This document shows positions 11,561-22,904 of a stretch of DNA of 64,000 nt, piece after piece (the first letter of the stretch is position 1; each line of letters opens with the position of its first letter). The DNA is taken from assembly GCA_964188305.1 (NCBI GenBank), contig OZ076901.1. One strand, given 5' to 3'. Below the pieces are notes generated by a model. The model was not told where the DNA came from. It searched no databases and saw only the letters and a list, made by a program, of their open reading frames with translations. A program made the translations under genes and the position numbers. The stretch comes from Podarcis bocagei. Its lineage: Eukaryota.

Positions 11561-12016
11561 CCTGCACCTGGGGTTCTGGTAGAGAAGAACAATACAATAC
11601 AATTAATATATAACTCACAGTTGTCTTTGTAAATGGCTTGCTGGCTGCTCAAACTAAGCCATCCAACTGTGCCTCCTTCACAAAGTCACCTTCAGGGCTC
11701 ATGAGATCTTGTTTTTGGACTTTGCCAAGCATGTGGTGCACCTTTACCACTGAGATGTCTATCCTATGTGACTTTTTAAAAAGTGATGTAAATTGGCCCT
11801 TGGATACAGCGATATCAAAGCAGAGATACATTGTTTTGCATGCCACACAACATCATAAGAAAAATATGAGATCTAAGCGGGCCAAATCTTGTTGCTTTTG
11901 ATGCTGTCTTTTAGTACACATTATTGCAGTTTTTGACCCAAGCCCAGCCCCTCTTTCCTCTAAGTATGCTTTATTTCCTGGGCCCCCAACTTAGAATGAG
12001 ATCCAAAGAACTACAG

Positions 12017-12577
12017 TTATTTATTTATTTATTTATTTATTATACCCCGCCCATCTGGCTGAGTTTCCACAGCCACTCTGGGCCGGCTCCCAATCAAATG
12101 TTTAAAACAGTACAGCGTTACATATTAAAAACTTCCCTGAAGTTAAGATGTCTTCTGAATGTCAGGTAATTATTTATCTCTTTGACATCTGATGGGAGGG
12201 CGTTCCACAGGGCGGGCGCCACTACCGAGAAGGCCCTCTGTCTGGTTCCCTGTAGCCTCACTTCTCGCAGTGAGGGAACCGCCAGAAGACCCTCGGAGCT
12301 GGACCTCAGTGTCCGGGCTGAATGATGAAGGTGGAGACGCTCCTTCAGGTACACAGGACCGATGCCGTTTAGGGCTTTAAAGGTCAGCACCAACACTTTG
12401 AATTGTGCTCGGAAACGTACTGGGAGCCAATGCAGATCTCTCAGGACTGGTGTTATGTGGTCCCGGCGGCCACTCCCAGTCACCAGTCTAGCTGCCACAT
12501 TCTGGATTAATTGCAGTTTCCGGGTCACCTTCAAAGGTAGCCCCACGCAGAGTGCATTGCAGTAGTCCAAGCTAGAA
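12017..12577 (-). mobile_element. L2-clade LINE 3' end
   Basis: ORF 12118..12705 contains LDYCNAL..GLP...LQLIQN.AARLV...DHITPVLRDLHWLPV (L2 ORF2 C-terminus); (TAAA)n tail. Confidence 0.85.
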
Positions 12578-12599
12578 GAGGGAATCTCACAAGTCCCTA

Positions 12600-12828
12600 T
12601 TATTGTTGTTTGTTTGTTGTTATAACCCAACCATATGACTGGGTTGCCCCAGCCATTTTGGCTGGCTACCAACAAAATATAAAAACACAGTAAAACATCA
12701 AACATTAAAAATTTGCCTATACTGGATTGCCTTCAGGTGTCTTCTGAATGCTGTATAGCTGTTTATCTCCTTGACATCTGATGGGAGGATGTTCCACAGG
12801 GTGGGCGCACTACTGAGAAGGCCCTCCA
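12600..12828 (-). mobile_element. Second, shorter L2 3' fragment
   Basis: Similar to the 3' UTR and terminal part of 12017-12577 (CCTTGACATCTGATGGGAGG...TACTGAGAAGGCCCT). Confidence 0.7.
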
Positions 12829-13248
12829 GTTCCTTCAAGGTAGCATTTCAGTGCCTTTTTGGATTCTTTAGAATTTAGATTCTTTAGATTTTCATCTTTT
12901 ATTATAGACTCACTCAGTTGTTAAAATAAAAAAGAAGATGCAGAAGCATTCATTATTTCTGGGCACTATGCAATAAATCAAAATCTCACCCCAGATATTA
13001 TTACAGTTGCAACATCAGGCAGATAACAAGTAAAAAAATTAAGTGGTCCACCAGGACCCTCAACAATGTTCAAGTGGTCTGTGGAGAATAAACTTTGGGA
13101 ACCACTGATCTAATGCACCAGTACCAGTGTTGTGATTATTGTGCCCTTGGAAGAAAGTTGGAAAGCAGACAAAAAATAAATAAATCAAAGGAGCAGGTAC
13201 TATCATGTTCAAAATGAGGCAATTATATCACAGTGTCAAATTCCATAC

Positions 13249-13363
13249 CTCTCTCTTTTCCCCTTCGGATCCTCGTCCTGGGAGATCAAATGCACCTCCT
13301 TGGCTTATCCACCTCTCAGTCTTAGAAACAGCTGGGCAGGAATATTGGGGACTGCAATTTATG
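13249..13363 (-). promoter_or_regulatory. Candidate non-coding exon 1 and TATA-like box of the uncharacterised mucin-like gene
   Basis: Minus-strand donor GAG|GTATGG (exon ends at 13249); CATAAA at 13363-13358 about 110 nt upstream; non-repetitive sequence. Inferred by analogy with the neighbouring genes. Confidence 0.35.
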
Positions 13364-14052
13364 TTGAGCTTAAGAATGATGTAACCATGCAGCTAACAAA
13401 AGGTTCGTTTCCTTGTTTGCAAAGCATAATCCAAACTAAATATTGTTTTTAATAAAAATAGACTTCATGGAGCATTCAGGAAGCATAATAGAAATGCTGA
13501 AAGCATTTTGAACCTTGAATGTTTGCAGCAGTATATTTTGAAATCTAGAGCTGCAGTGTTTTCTTGATCAATTGTCTAGATAGGTATGGTCTGAAGGCAC
13601 CTTGTTGAACTTTAGCAGACCTTAGTCTGATGAGCTTCTTGGAAGAAAGGAGGGATATAAATGTAAGAAAATAAATGCATCAATAAAAACAATCTATTCT
13701 GCTAACCACCTTTTGAGTAAAACTATAGAAAGTTGCCCCAATTGATCAGAATACTTTTTTAAAGACTCTTAACTCATTTCAGTAGAAATGCTAATAAAAT
13801 CAGCATTCCCCCATATGTAGGAGGAAAATAGCACATCTAAGGTAGTGGCAGGTGGATGCATCATCTCAAAACAGTGTGTGATTTTATATTGCAAAAAGCA
13901 ATGTTTTGCTCTAATGTAAATTTACAGATTTAATCAAATCAGTTTAAAGCCACTGGCATTTCATTAACCTGTTGACGGCTCCATTTGCCTTATACCTTTT
14001 ATTATTATAATTGGGTTTTATAAACAATAATAATCTTATAGAAATAAGTATT

Positions 14053-14251
14053 CAGTGGTACCTCGGGTTACAGACGCTTCAGGTTACCGACTCCGCTAAC
14101 CCAGAAATAGTACCTTGGGTTAAGAACTTTGCTTCAGGATGAGAACAGAAATCGCGCGACGGCAGCAGGAGTGGTACCTCAGGTTAAGAACAGTTTCAGG
14201 TTAAGAATGGACCTCCAGAACGAATTAAGTTCTTAACCCGAGGTACCACTG
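14053..14251. mobile_element. pogo/Tigger-like MITE family A copy 2 (internal deletion)
   Basis: CAGTGGTACCTCGGGTTA ... TAACCCGAGGTACCACTG|TA. Confidence 0.85.
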
Positions 14252-16340
14252 TACCAAGTTTTCTCATGTCATATGTATATCACAAAAATAACATAATAAA
14301 TGTGGAAAAATATCTACAACATATGTTTCAAGCATGATGATGTGAAGATAAGCTGGTCTGTCATTCAGAAAGGCACGCTGTGTCTTAGGCTGTGAATATT
14401 TTGTGCACCTGCCTTTTTACTGTGGGTAGGGCCTGGTGAAATCTCAAAACCCAGTGGTATGGCTATGAACAAGCTTCTGGGGCAGCTAAGCTTGCAGGCT
14501 TCCGGATGCTCCAAAAGAAGAACTACAGCTGGGTGCTGCACGATGCTTTGATGGCTGAGGCATTTGGCCGCCCGGAGACCTCAAACTAAAGCAGCAAAAG
14601 GCTATAAGCACATTCCGTGTTTCTTGCACATCTTATGTAGAAAGATGGATCACTGAGCAGCACTGTTTTAATCAGAAATCGCATCAATCAGAAATTGGGT
14701 GGCATGCGTGAGATGAGAAGGGTAAGCAAGTGGCTTTCAGGGTGTATCCTGGAGAAACCTGCCTTTGCTAAGAAGCTTGTCAGATACCCTCAGTGAGAAG
14801 ATTAGCAATGGAAGCTGAGCTTCCCTGAGATCACCATGACCAGTCTTCACCTGAGATGCTTTGCCACAGGGCAAGGCTGCTGTGTTTGAAGGCAGAGGTG
14901 GGAAGAAGCTAGGGATCTGCTGGCAATCTTTGAATGGATAGATTGGCAAGATTTCTCTCTCTCTACTTTCTCCACACCTAATGGGGCTGAGAGGCCAAAG
15001 CACTTGCCCTATCTCCTGTTATTATTATTATACCACACTGCCAGCATCCTCACATCCACTTTGGGAGCCCTGTTAGGCTGAGAATGCAGGGCAGAAATGC
15101 AAGCAATAATTAAAAGCGACAACGCACATTTGGCTGAGATGGAGGGCCACTGATCAGGCAGGGTTAACTGCTAGCATAGCAGGTTCTGCCTCTTCTGTGT
15201 GTCTGGGAATTCACCCTCCCATCTCTCTCGAAACTAGCTATGAGGAAGCTTTCTGAATGCACTGGTTCATTTGGCCCTAGAGTAGTGTAGGTGAGTAATA
15301 GGCCCATTTTTAGCACCTCTGGGATACTGCCACTTCACCTTTTATTCAGTTATGAGATGAGCATATTAATCCTAGTTCTCGCTTTGTTTTTCGGTTCTGA
15401 TTTCCTTGAACCACGGTGGGGGAAAACAACTCTGTGGTTTGGGTTTTTTTAAAAAAAATAATGTAGAACTGGTCTCCCTTTCTGAATCCTCTGCTTCTGG
15501 TAACCATGGAAATGGCTGCTGCAATATGTAACCTGTTGTGGGAGCTGCAAAGCAAGGATCTGGCACGTGTCAGGCTTTCGCTGCCAGTTCTGCCCCTCTC
15601 TACCTTAGCATCTCGCGAAGGAATATTTGCATTCCAAACAGAGTCGTGGTTTTCCGCAGCCTCTCACAAGGACACTGGCCTGGGTTTATTTCCAGAGTTC
15701 ACTCCTCCAAGCCTAGACAGCCTCTGACTTTTATTACTGAGGTAACTAAAGGCATGAATTTACTGGTCTCTCTTTTGAATTAGTACCCAACCTTTCCTCC
15801 CCCCAAAAACCAACTAACTAGAATATACTGCTCCTGCTGCTTTAGGTCAGCTTAATCATTCAGCCACCGCCTATTCCTGCTTTTTGTGTGCACCCAGTTC
15901 CTACAAAGCAGATACTTTGCCCATAGCTCTCATTTCCAGGGAAACCAGGCTTCTGCATGGCTGTCGTCAGTACATCCGTTCAGATAATTGGCTTTTTGAT
16001 GGAGTTTCCTGATCGCTTCTAGTGAAAGCTCCATGTTGGACAGTGCAGAAAGCTGCCTTCTGTCTGGTCCGATTATTTGTCCTCCTAGCCCATCATTTTC
16101 TACTCTGCCTGGCAGATGCAGCTACAGAGCAGTCTCTTTCCCACGCCGTGCTACTTGATCCCTTTTTAAAGCTGGAGATTGAACTTTGGGCTTTTTACAT
16201 GCAAAGCAGGTGCCCTACCTCTGAGCTTGAGCAGAGCTCTGAGCTCTGAGCTGCATCTGAGCCTCCCCTCATCGAACATTCTGTCATTTCTGGATACAAA
16301 CTCAAGGTTATTCAGACAAGACTTGAGCCCTGTGCACAGA

Positions 16341-16770
16341 AGGGCTGTAGCTCAGGGCAATTTCTTTGCACACAGACGGTCAAAGGTTCAATCCCCAATG
16401 GCATCTCCGGGCAGTGCTAGGAGATTCTCCCTGTTTGAAACCCTGCAGACCTACTGCCAGTCAGTGTACAGTGGTACCTCGGGTTACATACACTTCAGCT
16501 TACATACGCTTCAGGTTACAGATTCCGCTAACCCAGAAATATTACCTCGGGTTAAGAACTTTGCTTCAGGATGAGAACAGAAATCATGCAGCAGCGACAT
16601 GGCGACAGCGGGAGGCCCCATTAGCTAAAGTGGTGCTTCAGTTTAAGAACAGTTTCAGGTTAAGAACGGACCTCTGGAACGAATTAAGTACTTAACCTGA
16701 GGTACCACTGTATTCCCTTACTGGGCTAGATGGACCAGTGGTCTTGCTCAGTAGAAGGCAGCTTCCTGTA
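16341..16770 (+). mobile_element. Squam3-like SINE interrupted by a family A MITE
   Basis: GGGCTGTAGCTCAG...GGTTCAATCCCC head; body resumes (CTGGGCTAGATGGACCAGTGGTC...AAGGCAGCTTCCT) after the MITE. Confidence 0.7.
16469..16710. mobile_element. pogo/Tigger-like MITE family A copy 3
   Basis: TA|CAGTGGTACCTC ... GAGGTACCACTG|TA, with perfect TA duplication. Confidence 0.9.
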
Positions 16771-17559
16771 TTCAAGCAGCATGTTGTAACGGGATTGGGA
16801 TCAAGCTGTCCCACCCTGCCTTATCCAGTTCCAACCTGCAGGTGTTGGTCTTCTATCCACAAACAACTCTTTGTAAAAGTGCTGGCCAAACAGATGGGGA
16901 TAGAGGAGCAGCCTCTCTGGAGCTCTATGGGAGATTAGGGACCTGTGCACACCAGATTAAAAGATCCGGCCACCCAGTGAGCATATTTTTTTTGTTCTGA
17001 AGAAATGGCCAGATTTTTCACTATGAACTCTTGTGTTGTGATGTATTGTGTGCCCCATCTGAATTGCCCCCTAATGATACAAAAGGGCTATCCCTGAACT
17101 AAACCAACCTTCCTGTTAGTTTCTAGAGAACTGGAGGCTAAGGCTGCATACATGCATTCATGCTTAACCACGGTTTGTTTTCCTTAACTTTGGCTGTGCT
17201 AGGTTATGACACTTTTAACCATGGCTATGCGTTGACTGCAAACCATGGCGTAAAGTCGTGATGTGAAAGGGGTTTGCAGAACACTTGTTTGGTTTTAGCC
17301 ACAGTTGATTGTTTCATCTGTCTTGAGCAATGCAGCTTCCTGTCGCCTCTTGCCACTGTCTCCCTATATGTAGGGCTTACCTCAGCAAATTGAAGTAATG
17401 ACTTTATTGTATGCTTGGGAAGAGAATGTGAATTAAGGCAACCAGCTGCAGTGAGTGGTAAGCCTAGCCAACAGTGCAATCCTAACCATGTCTACTCAAA
17501 AATAGATCCTGTTGAGTTCAGTGAGGCTTATTACCTGGTTGATGGGGTTAAAAAAAATA

Positions 17560-18090
17560 ATAAGAGCTTGCTGCACAAGGCCAAGTGCCTAACTGGTCTA
17601 GCACCCTGTTCTCACAGTGGCCAGCTAGATGCCTGTGGGAAACCTGCAAGCAGCACCCAAGCACAGGAGTCCTGTCCCCGCCTGTGGTTTCCAGCAGCTA
17701 GGATTCAGCAGCATCGCTGCCTCCAGCTGCAGAGGCAAAGCATAGTAGCCATCAATAGCCTTCTCCATATTAATCCAATTATCTTTTAAAGTCACCCAAG
17801 TTGCCTTCTGTGAGACTGTACTTTCTTTTATCTGCCTTAATCTCCTAGCATTTGGCTTCAGTGGGTGGCCCCAATGTCTCACTTTATGAGAGAGGGAGAA
17901 AAACAGTTTCTCCATCCCATAATCACTTATGTCCCTTCTTACTCGCTTTGTCCCTTAAACTAAAAAGTCCCAAAGCTGCAACCTTTTGTCATAGGAGAGT
18001 CATTCCATCCCCTTGATAACTGTGGTTGCCCTTTGCTGAACATTTTCCAACTCAACAATATCCTTTTTTTAGGTGAGGCAACCAGAACTC
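17560..18090 (-). mobile_element. Degenerate CR1 LINE 3' region
   Basis: Similar to the CR1 copy at 21540-22280 (GGTTTCCAGCA.CT..ATTCAG; TTTTCCAACTC...TTTTT.AGGTGAGGC). Confidence 0.55.
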
Positions 18091-18242
18091 AGATTGCAGC
18101 CCAAGTGTTCCAATGCACACACTGTTGTAGATATTAAAATGATTCTGTTATATCATTACATTAATTTAACTTTTGCACATGCCTATGCATGGATGCACCA
18201 GCCATGTGCCTCAAAATAAGAAACAGTTAAGTTTTAGATGAC

Positions 18243-18248
18243 TTTATT
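18243..18248 (-). terminator. Candidate OMG polyadenylation signal (AATAAA)
   Basis: TTTATT on the + strand about 470 nt past the OMG stop, at the end of an AU-rich non-repetitive stretch; a second AATAAA sits at 18684-18689. Confidence 0.4.
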
Positions 18249-18715
18249 TCCTCCCTTTTGCATGTCACCATTTATAAAGGACCAGCACTGTTATATTACA
18301 AGACTTTCCGGCAAGTCAAGCAAGACAATACATATATAATATAGGCCTTTCATGTTTTTTTTTTTCTTTTCCAGATGTTTAATGACAAAACTATTCATAA
18401 TCAATACATAAAATACTGACATTTTTCATATTTTTTGTGTGAAGAAAATTAAAAATGTAAATACAAAATAAGCACATTTCATAAAAAAAGATTATATTTG
18501 ATAGAATTAGGCTTCCTCTGTTTAATTTCAGTAAGACATAGTTAAAGTAAGTAGCAGCTTGGTTATCAAGACATAATTTTGTGCAGTCTTCTCGTTTACG
18601 GTCGTATTTCAGAAACTAAACGGGCATTTCTTCTTGGCATTTGAATCGTTGCGGGACATGAGCGTTTCCCCCCCTTTGACCATTTTATTAATATGGGATA
18701 AATGAAGCAATTCAT

Positions 18716-20044
18716 TCACTTAAGCACAAATCCATAGCCAGACTGCAGGGCCACTGTGGTAAGCATTACGACAAAGGCCAAACCCCCCTTGGGAATATTT
18801 GCCTTGGAGGGTGCGCGAGGGTTGATTTTTGTGGTCGTCTCCTCTCTCTTTACAGTAACAGCTGTGCTCTGTGGTCTCTTTGAGTAGTTTGTAGGCATCC
18901 CACTGGTGATGCTTAAGGTCATGGGAGTGGTGGACGGTCCTACCAAGCCCATTGTGCTTGAATTCACAGAGGTTGCCTCTTGCATGTCGATGCCGTTTGT
19001 GGCTGCAGCTGCTTCGTAAGAGCTGAGTTTCTCTGTGCTCAGGTCTTCCGGGTAGAGGACCAGTGGCCTGTCCGTGCTCGTGAAGGCGATGGTTTGGCCA
19101 GTGGTGGCGCTCAGGCCAACATCCTTCATTCTAAATTGTTGGTGCACTTGTCCGGTTTGCTCCGTTGCCACTGGAGACCCAGCTGCGTCCGCCGCCTTCA
19201 TTGCTTTAACAAGGAGGTGGCTCTCTGCAGCTGTGGAGAATGGCGTGGCAGCCTTCCAAGGGGTGGTGGCCTCATCTGAGCATGGCGACCCTACAACGGT
19301 AGCCCTTGTCTCTCCTATCCATTTCTGCAAATAGGAGAGGTCCTGCTTGTTATCCTCGCACGACCAGGGGTTGTTGTAAAGCGTGACGAGCTGCAGCTGA
19401 GCAAGCTGGTCGAAAGCCTCGTCAGGAATATAAGCAAACTTGTTGTTGTGTAGGTAAAGTTCGGAAAGATGTGCCAGCCTCGCCAGTGTGCCGGGGAGTA
19501 TCTGTGTCAAGAAGTTGTTGGATAGATCCACTGTCTCGGTGTTGTAAGGAATATTGGTGGGCACCGTCCACAGTTTGTTGCTACTGAGGTTGAGGGACTT
19601 GAGGCTGATCATGGTGTTGTTAATCAGAACAGCCCTTTCCACCATATTCCCAGACACGTCGAGGACTTTAAGGTTCCACTGGTAAGCTGTGTCCAGCTTC
19701 TGAAGGACCTTGATGTTGTTGTGTGCAGCATATATTTCCCACAGCGACCTGGGCAGATAAGCCGGGAGGCTCTGGAGCCAATTGTGGGAAATGTCCAGGG
19801 TCCTCAGATTGGCAAACCGAGTGAGCTGGTGGTTGAGGTCAGCAAAGTGGTTATAAGACAGGTTTAAATAGGTAATGTTGTCCTGAAGTCCATGTGGCAG
19901 CGTGGTCAGGTTTCTGCTGGAGCAGTCCACGTTTCTGTCATTTCCTGAGCACAAGCACGCCAAAGGGCAGATACCCTGGACAGCTGGTATGAAGAAGAGA
20001 AGCGCCAGGACGCAGGGCGATGCCTTCAAGACCCGGTTCTCCAT
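18716..20044 (-). CDS. OMG: Oligodendrocyte-myelin glycoprotein (442 aa)
   Basis: Signal peptide, Cys-rich LRR-NT (ICPLACLCSG..RNVDCS), LRRs (LDISHNWL..LPAYLPRSLW, LNLSSNKLWTVPTN, LYNNPWSC), S/T-rich stalk (TPMTLSITSGMP), GPI-type tail; acceptor tgtttccag 6 nt before the ATG; known position inside NF1. Confidence 0.97.
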   Translation of the reverse strand: MENRVLKASPCVLALLFFIPAVQGICPLACLCSGNDRNVDCSSRNLTTLPHGLQDNITYLNLSYNHFADLNHQLTRFANLRTLDISHNWLQSLPAYLPRSLWEIYAAHNNIKVLQKLDTAYQWNLKVLDVSGNMVERAVLINNTMISLKSLNLSSNKLWTVPTNIPYNTETVDLSNNFLTQILPGTLARLAHLSELYLHNNKFAYIPDEAFDQLAQLQLVTLYNNPWSCEDNKQDLSYLQKWIGETRATVVGSPCSDEATTPWKAATPFSTAAESHLLVKAMKAADAAGSPVATEQTGQVHQQFRMKDVGLSATTGQTIAFTSTDRPLVLYPEDLSTEKLSSYEAAAATNGIDMQEATSVNSSTMGLVGPSTTPMTLSITSGMPTNYSKRPQSTAVTVKREETTTKINPRAPSKANIPKGGLAFVVMLTTVALQSGYGFVLK

Positions 20045-20790
20045 TGTTGCCTGGAAACAAATACATGCCAAAATAGCCAGTTTATTGCACAGACTATGAA
20101 TACAATTCAGAAGGTGGTGTTTATTTTTTAAAACACTGGTTCCTTTCCAGTTGCATTTCAAGAAAAAGACCACGCATACCTACATCGCTGTGGCATAGAC
20201 CTCGTTGGTGTAAAAAACACAGCTATTTACAAAGGATCTCTTCATCCTACTGTCTTGCTGTCTGGCAGAAAGAGGCTCATCTATTTCCATCTCCCTCCTT
20301 TTTCTCTCCCCCCCCCCATCCGCCTCCAGCTCCCAATGGTAGCATTCTTCCTAAACTGCTAGTCTCTTCCAAATGTTATACAATGTCTGCTTTCTGTTTT
20401 CAGCCCTTTGAATTTCATGTTTATCTATGGGGTTTTCTCCCTTCTTTATTTTACAATGGATTATTTTATAAAGCAGGGACAGCATCACTGGCTACAGAAT
20501 AGTCTTAAAATCCCTGCAGCTATACATCAGTTGTTATCTGCTGTAAATAAGATAATTTGATCAAATGGCATTTTCAATTCAGACATGCATTCGGAACCGT
20601 GCAAGCTTAAACTCAGACTACTAATTGTGTTTCCCCCCTCCTTTGCCATAATATTAATCTAATTTTTCCCAAGCTTGGCAAGGTGTCCATTTTCAAACCG
20701 GGGTTTAATGTTAGGATGAGATTCTGTAACTGTCACTGCAGTAGACAGCTAGTCTAAGAAGCTGCCGAGTTATACTATATAGCAATATAT

Positions 20791-20824
20791 ATTCTCTCTC
20801 TCTCTCTTTCACACACACACACAC
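20791..20824. repeat. (CT)n(CA)n microsatellite in the OMG intron
   Basis: Direct reading. Confidence 0.85.
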
Positions 20825-20892
20825 GTACAATGTGGCAGCATTTGGCCTTAAAAGCGAATGAGAGGAAGAAAGAGCAAAAGAAGCAAACTTAC

Positions 20893-21050
20893 CTTAGTCC
20901 CTGCTGCAGTATCAGTGCATCGCTTCCCTGAAAGACCGAAACGCAAAGGTCGGCTCACTCTCCAGGGTAGCCACAGTTTGTCTGTGGGTTGTGCTTTGCC
21001 TCCTCAGCTGCATCGTACTGCCGTTTCCAGGGGCTCTGCAACCACCTGAT
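20893..21050 (-). other. OMG: Candidate OMG non-coding exon 1 (5' boundary uncertain)
   Basis: Consensus donor AAG|GTAAGT at 20893/20892 gives an 842-nt intron to the acceptor at 20051; OMG is a two-exon gene in mammals. Confidence 0.7.
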
Positions 21051-21539
21051 CAGTGCTCCATCGGAGGACTGCAGAGCTGTCGTTTTGGTGCTGACTCAAA
21101 TTTATTGCAAGGGGTTGCATACTCAACAAAATGGACAGTCTTTTCTTGTTTTTTTAAAAAAGCAAAAGCCCAAGTTTCCAAACTTCTCTCCGCATGTTCC
21201 TTCCCTCCGCCCTCCCCCTGGGATGGGTCTCAGTGCATTAGGATACGACATGCATACTTTAACTGTGCAAATAGCATCCAGTCTCGATTTTTGGTATTTG
21301 TGCTAGTCATAAGCTTGCTTCAGCGTTTGACTGTTCCCGGCTGCTCCCGGCTTTTACTTTTAACCAGCTTTTGTCTTGCTGGGATTCTCTGTGTGCCTTA
21401 AATGCTGCAGCTCTTGAAATATCTCTGTGCGGGGGAGGGTGGTATTAAATATAATTGGTTTCGTAGCACTTCAGGGAAAGCCAAATATCACCTAGTCCAG
21501 CCCCCTGCTTTAGGGTGAGGCACTTCTTCTGTTGACCCA

Positions 21540-22280
21540 TGTCTAAGAGCGTAAGGAGAGCCCTGCTGGATCAGACCACTGGCCCATTGAGTCCAGCATC
21601 CTGTGCTCCCAGAGGCCAAGCAGATGCCTCCGTGGGAAGCCTGCAAATGGGACCTGAGGCACAACACAAGCCTCCTTTCCTGTGGTTTCCAGCAACTGGT
21701 ATTCAGAAGCAGGCTGCCTTCATCAGTGGAGGGAAAATATAGCCATCACAGATAGTAGCTATTGATAGCCTCCATGAATTTGTCTAATCCTCTTTTAAAG
21801 CCTTCCAGTTAGTTGGCCATCGCTGCCTTTGTGTGGGAGCGAATTCCAGTTCATTATTTTATTTTGTCTGTCCTGAGTCTTCCTACATTCAGCTTTGTTG
21901 GATGACCTGGAGTTACAGTGTTATGAGAGAGGGGGAAAGAAACTTTTCTCTATCCACTTCCTCCATTCCATGCATCATTTTATACAATGTCACCTCTTAC
22001 TCACCTTTTCTCGAAACCCAAACGCTCCAGATGTTTTAGCCTTTCCTCATAGGTGAGCTTCTTCACTCCCTCGGTCATTTGGGCTGCCCTTTTCTGAACC
22101 TTTCCCAACTCTACAGCATTATTTTTGAGGTGAGGCTGCGAAAACTCCGCACGATACTCCATAGATTTGTATAATGGCATTATGATATTGGTGGTTTTAT
22201 TTTCAGTTCCTTTCCTAACGAGCTCTAGCATGGAATTTGCCATTTTGACAGCTGCTGCACACTGGGTTGACATCTTCATG
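21540..22280 (-). mobile_element. CR1 LINE 3' fragment
   Basis: ORF 22001..22294 QCAAAVK.AN.ML..V......IIMPLYKSM...PHL....ELGKVQKRAA.M..G...LTYEERLK.L is the CR1 ORF2 C-terminal region. Confidence 0.8.
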
Positions 22281-22904
22281 TCATCTTCACCCACCTAACA
22301 GATTAACCCCCATTGACCCAAACGCTAACAGAGAGACCCTGTGCCGAAATTGCCTGTCTGATTTAAGCAACTACCGAGTAAAGCCCGTTATTCTCAGCGC
22401 TGCAATCGGTTTTAATGACTTGCCAGCTGCAATATAATATAGCCACACTGAGAATTAGTGGTGCACGTGACTAATAAAAAGGTAACAGCGTGTGCTGAAA
22501 AATAAAACTCTGAAACTTTTTTTCCTTACTATGTCTTTTTTTATAACCAACTAATTCCAAGAGCAGCTTTGAAAAGACCCCATCCCTCTGTAACGCCTTG
22601 TACTTCACCTGTCTTTTCAAAGTCCCCCACATTTTTGTCTATTTTGAGTTGGCACTATTCCTTACAATGGTTGAATAGTCTTTTCCGCAGTTCTATCTGG
22701 AGACTAGACTAGGAATATAAGAAGAGTTCCGGTGGGTCAGACCTTTTGTGGCCATTTCATCTGCCATCTTTTTCCCCGCAGCAGCTTCCAGGAATCCCAC
22801 ACGCAGGAAATAAAACAGCAGCCCTCCCATTGGGTTTCACATTCATACTCAAAGGCAACTGATAGTGAGAGGGAGTCTGCCTCTGATCATAGAGGTTATA
22901 ATGA

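Noticed and set aside
11561-11602. N-terminal extension of the new ORF in the ORF track (likewise OMG 20045-20173 and EVI2A 39185-39259)
   Set aside because: These run through splice acceptors into intron and start at non-ATG codons; the true starts are the ATGs just after each acceptor.
12118-12705. 195-aa ORF
   Set aside because: It is a 5'-truncated L2 ORF2 remnant, not a host gene.
15285-15298. Strong + strand donor-like TAG|GTGAGT inside the NF1 intron
   Set aside because: No convincing paired acceptor or NF1-like reading frame upstream; such sites occur by chance in 45 kb.
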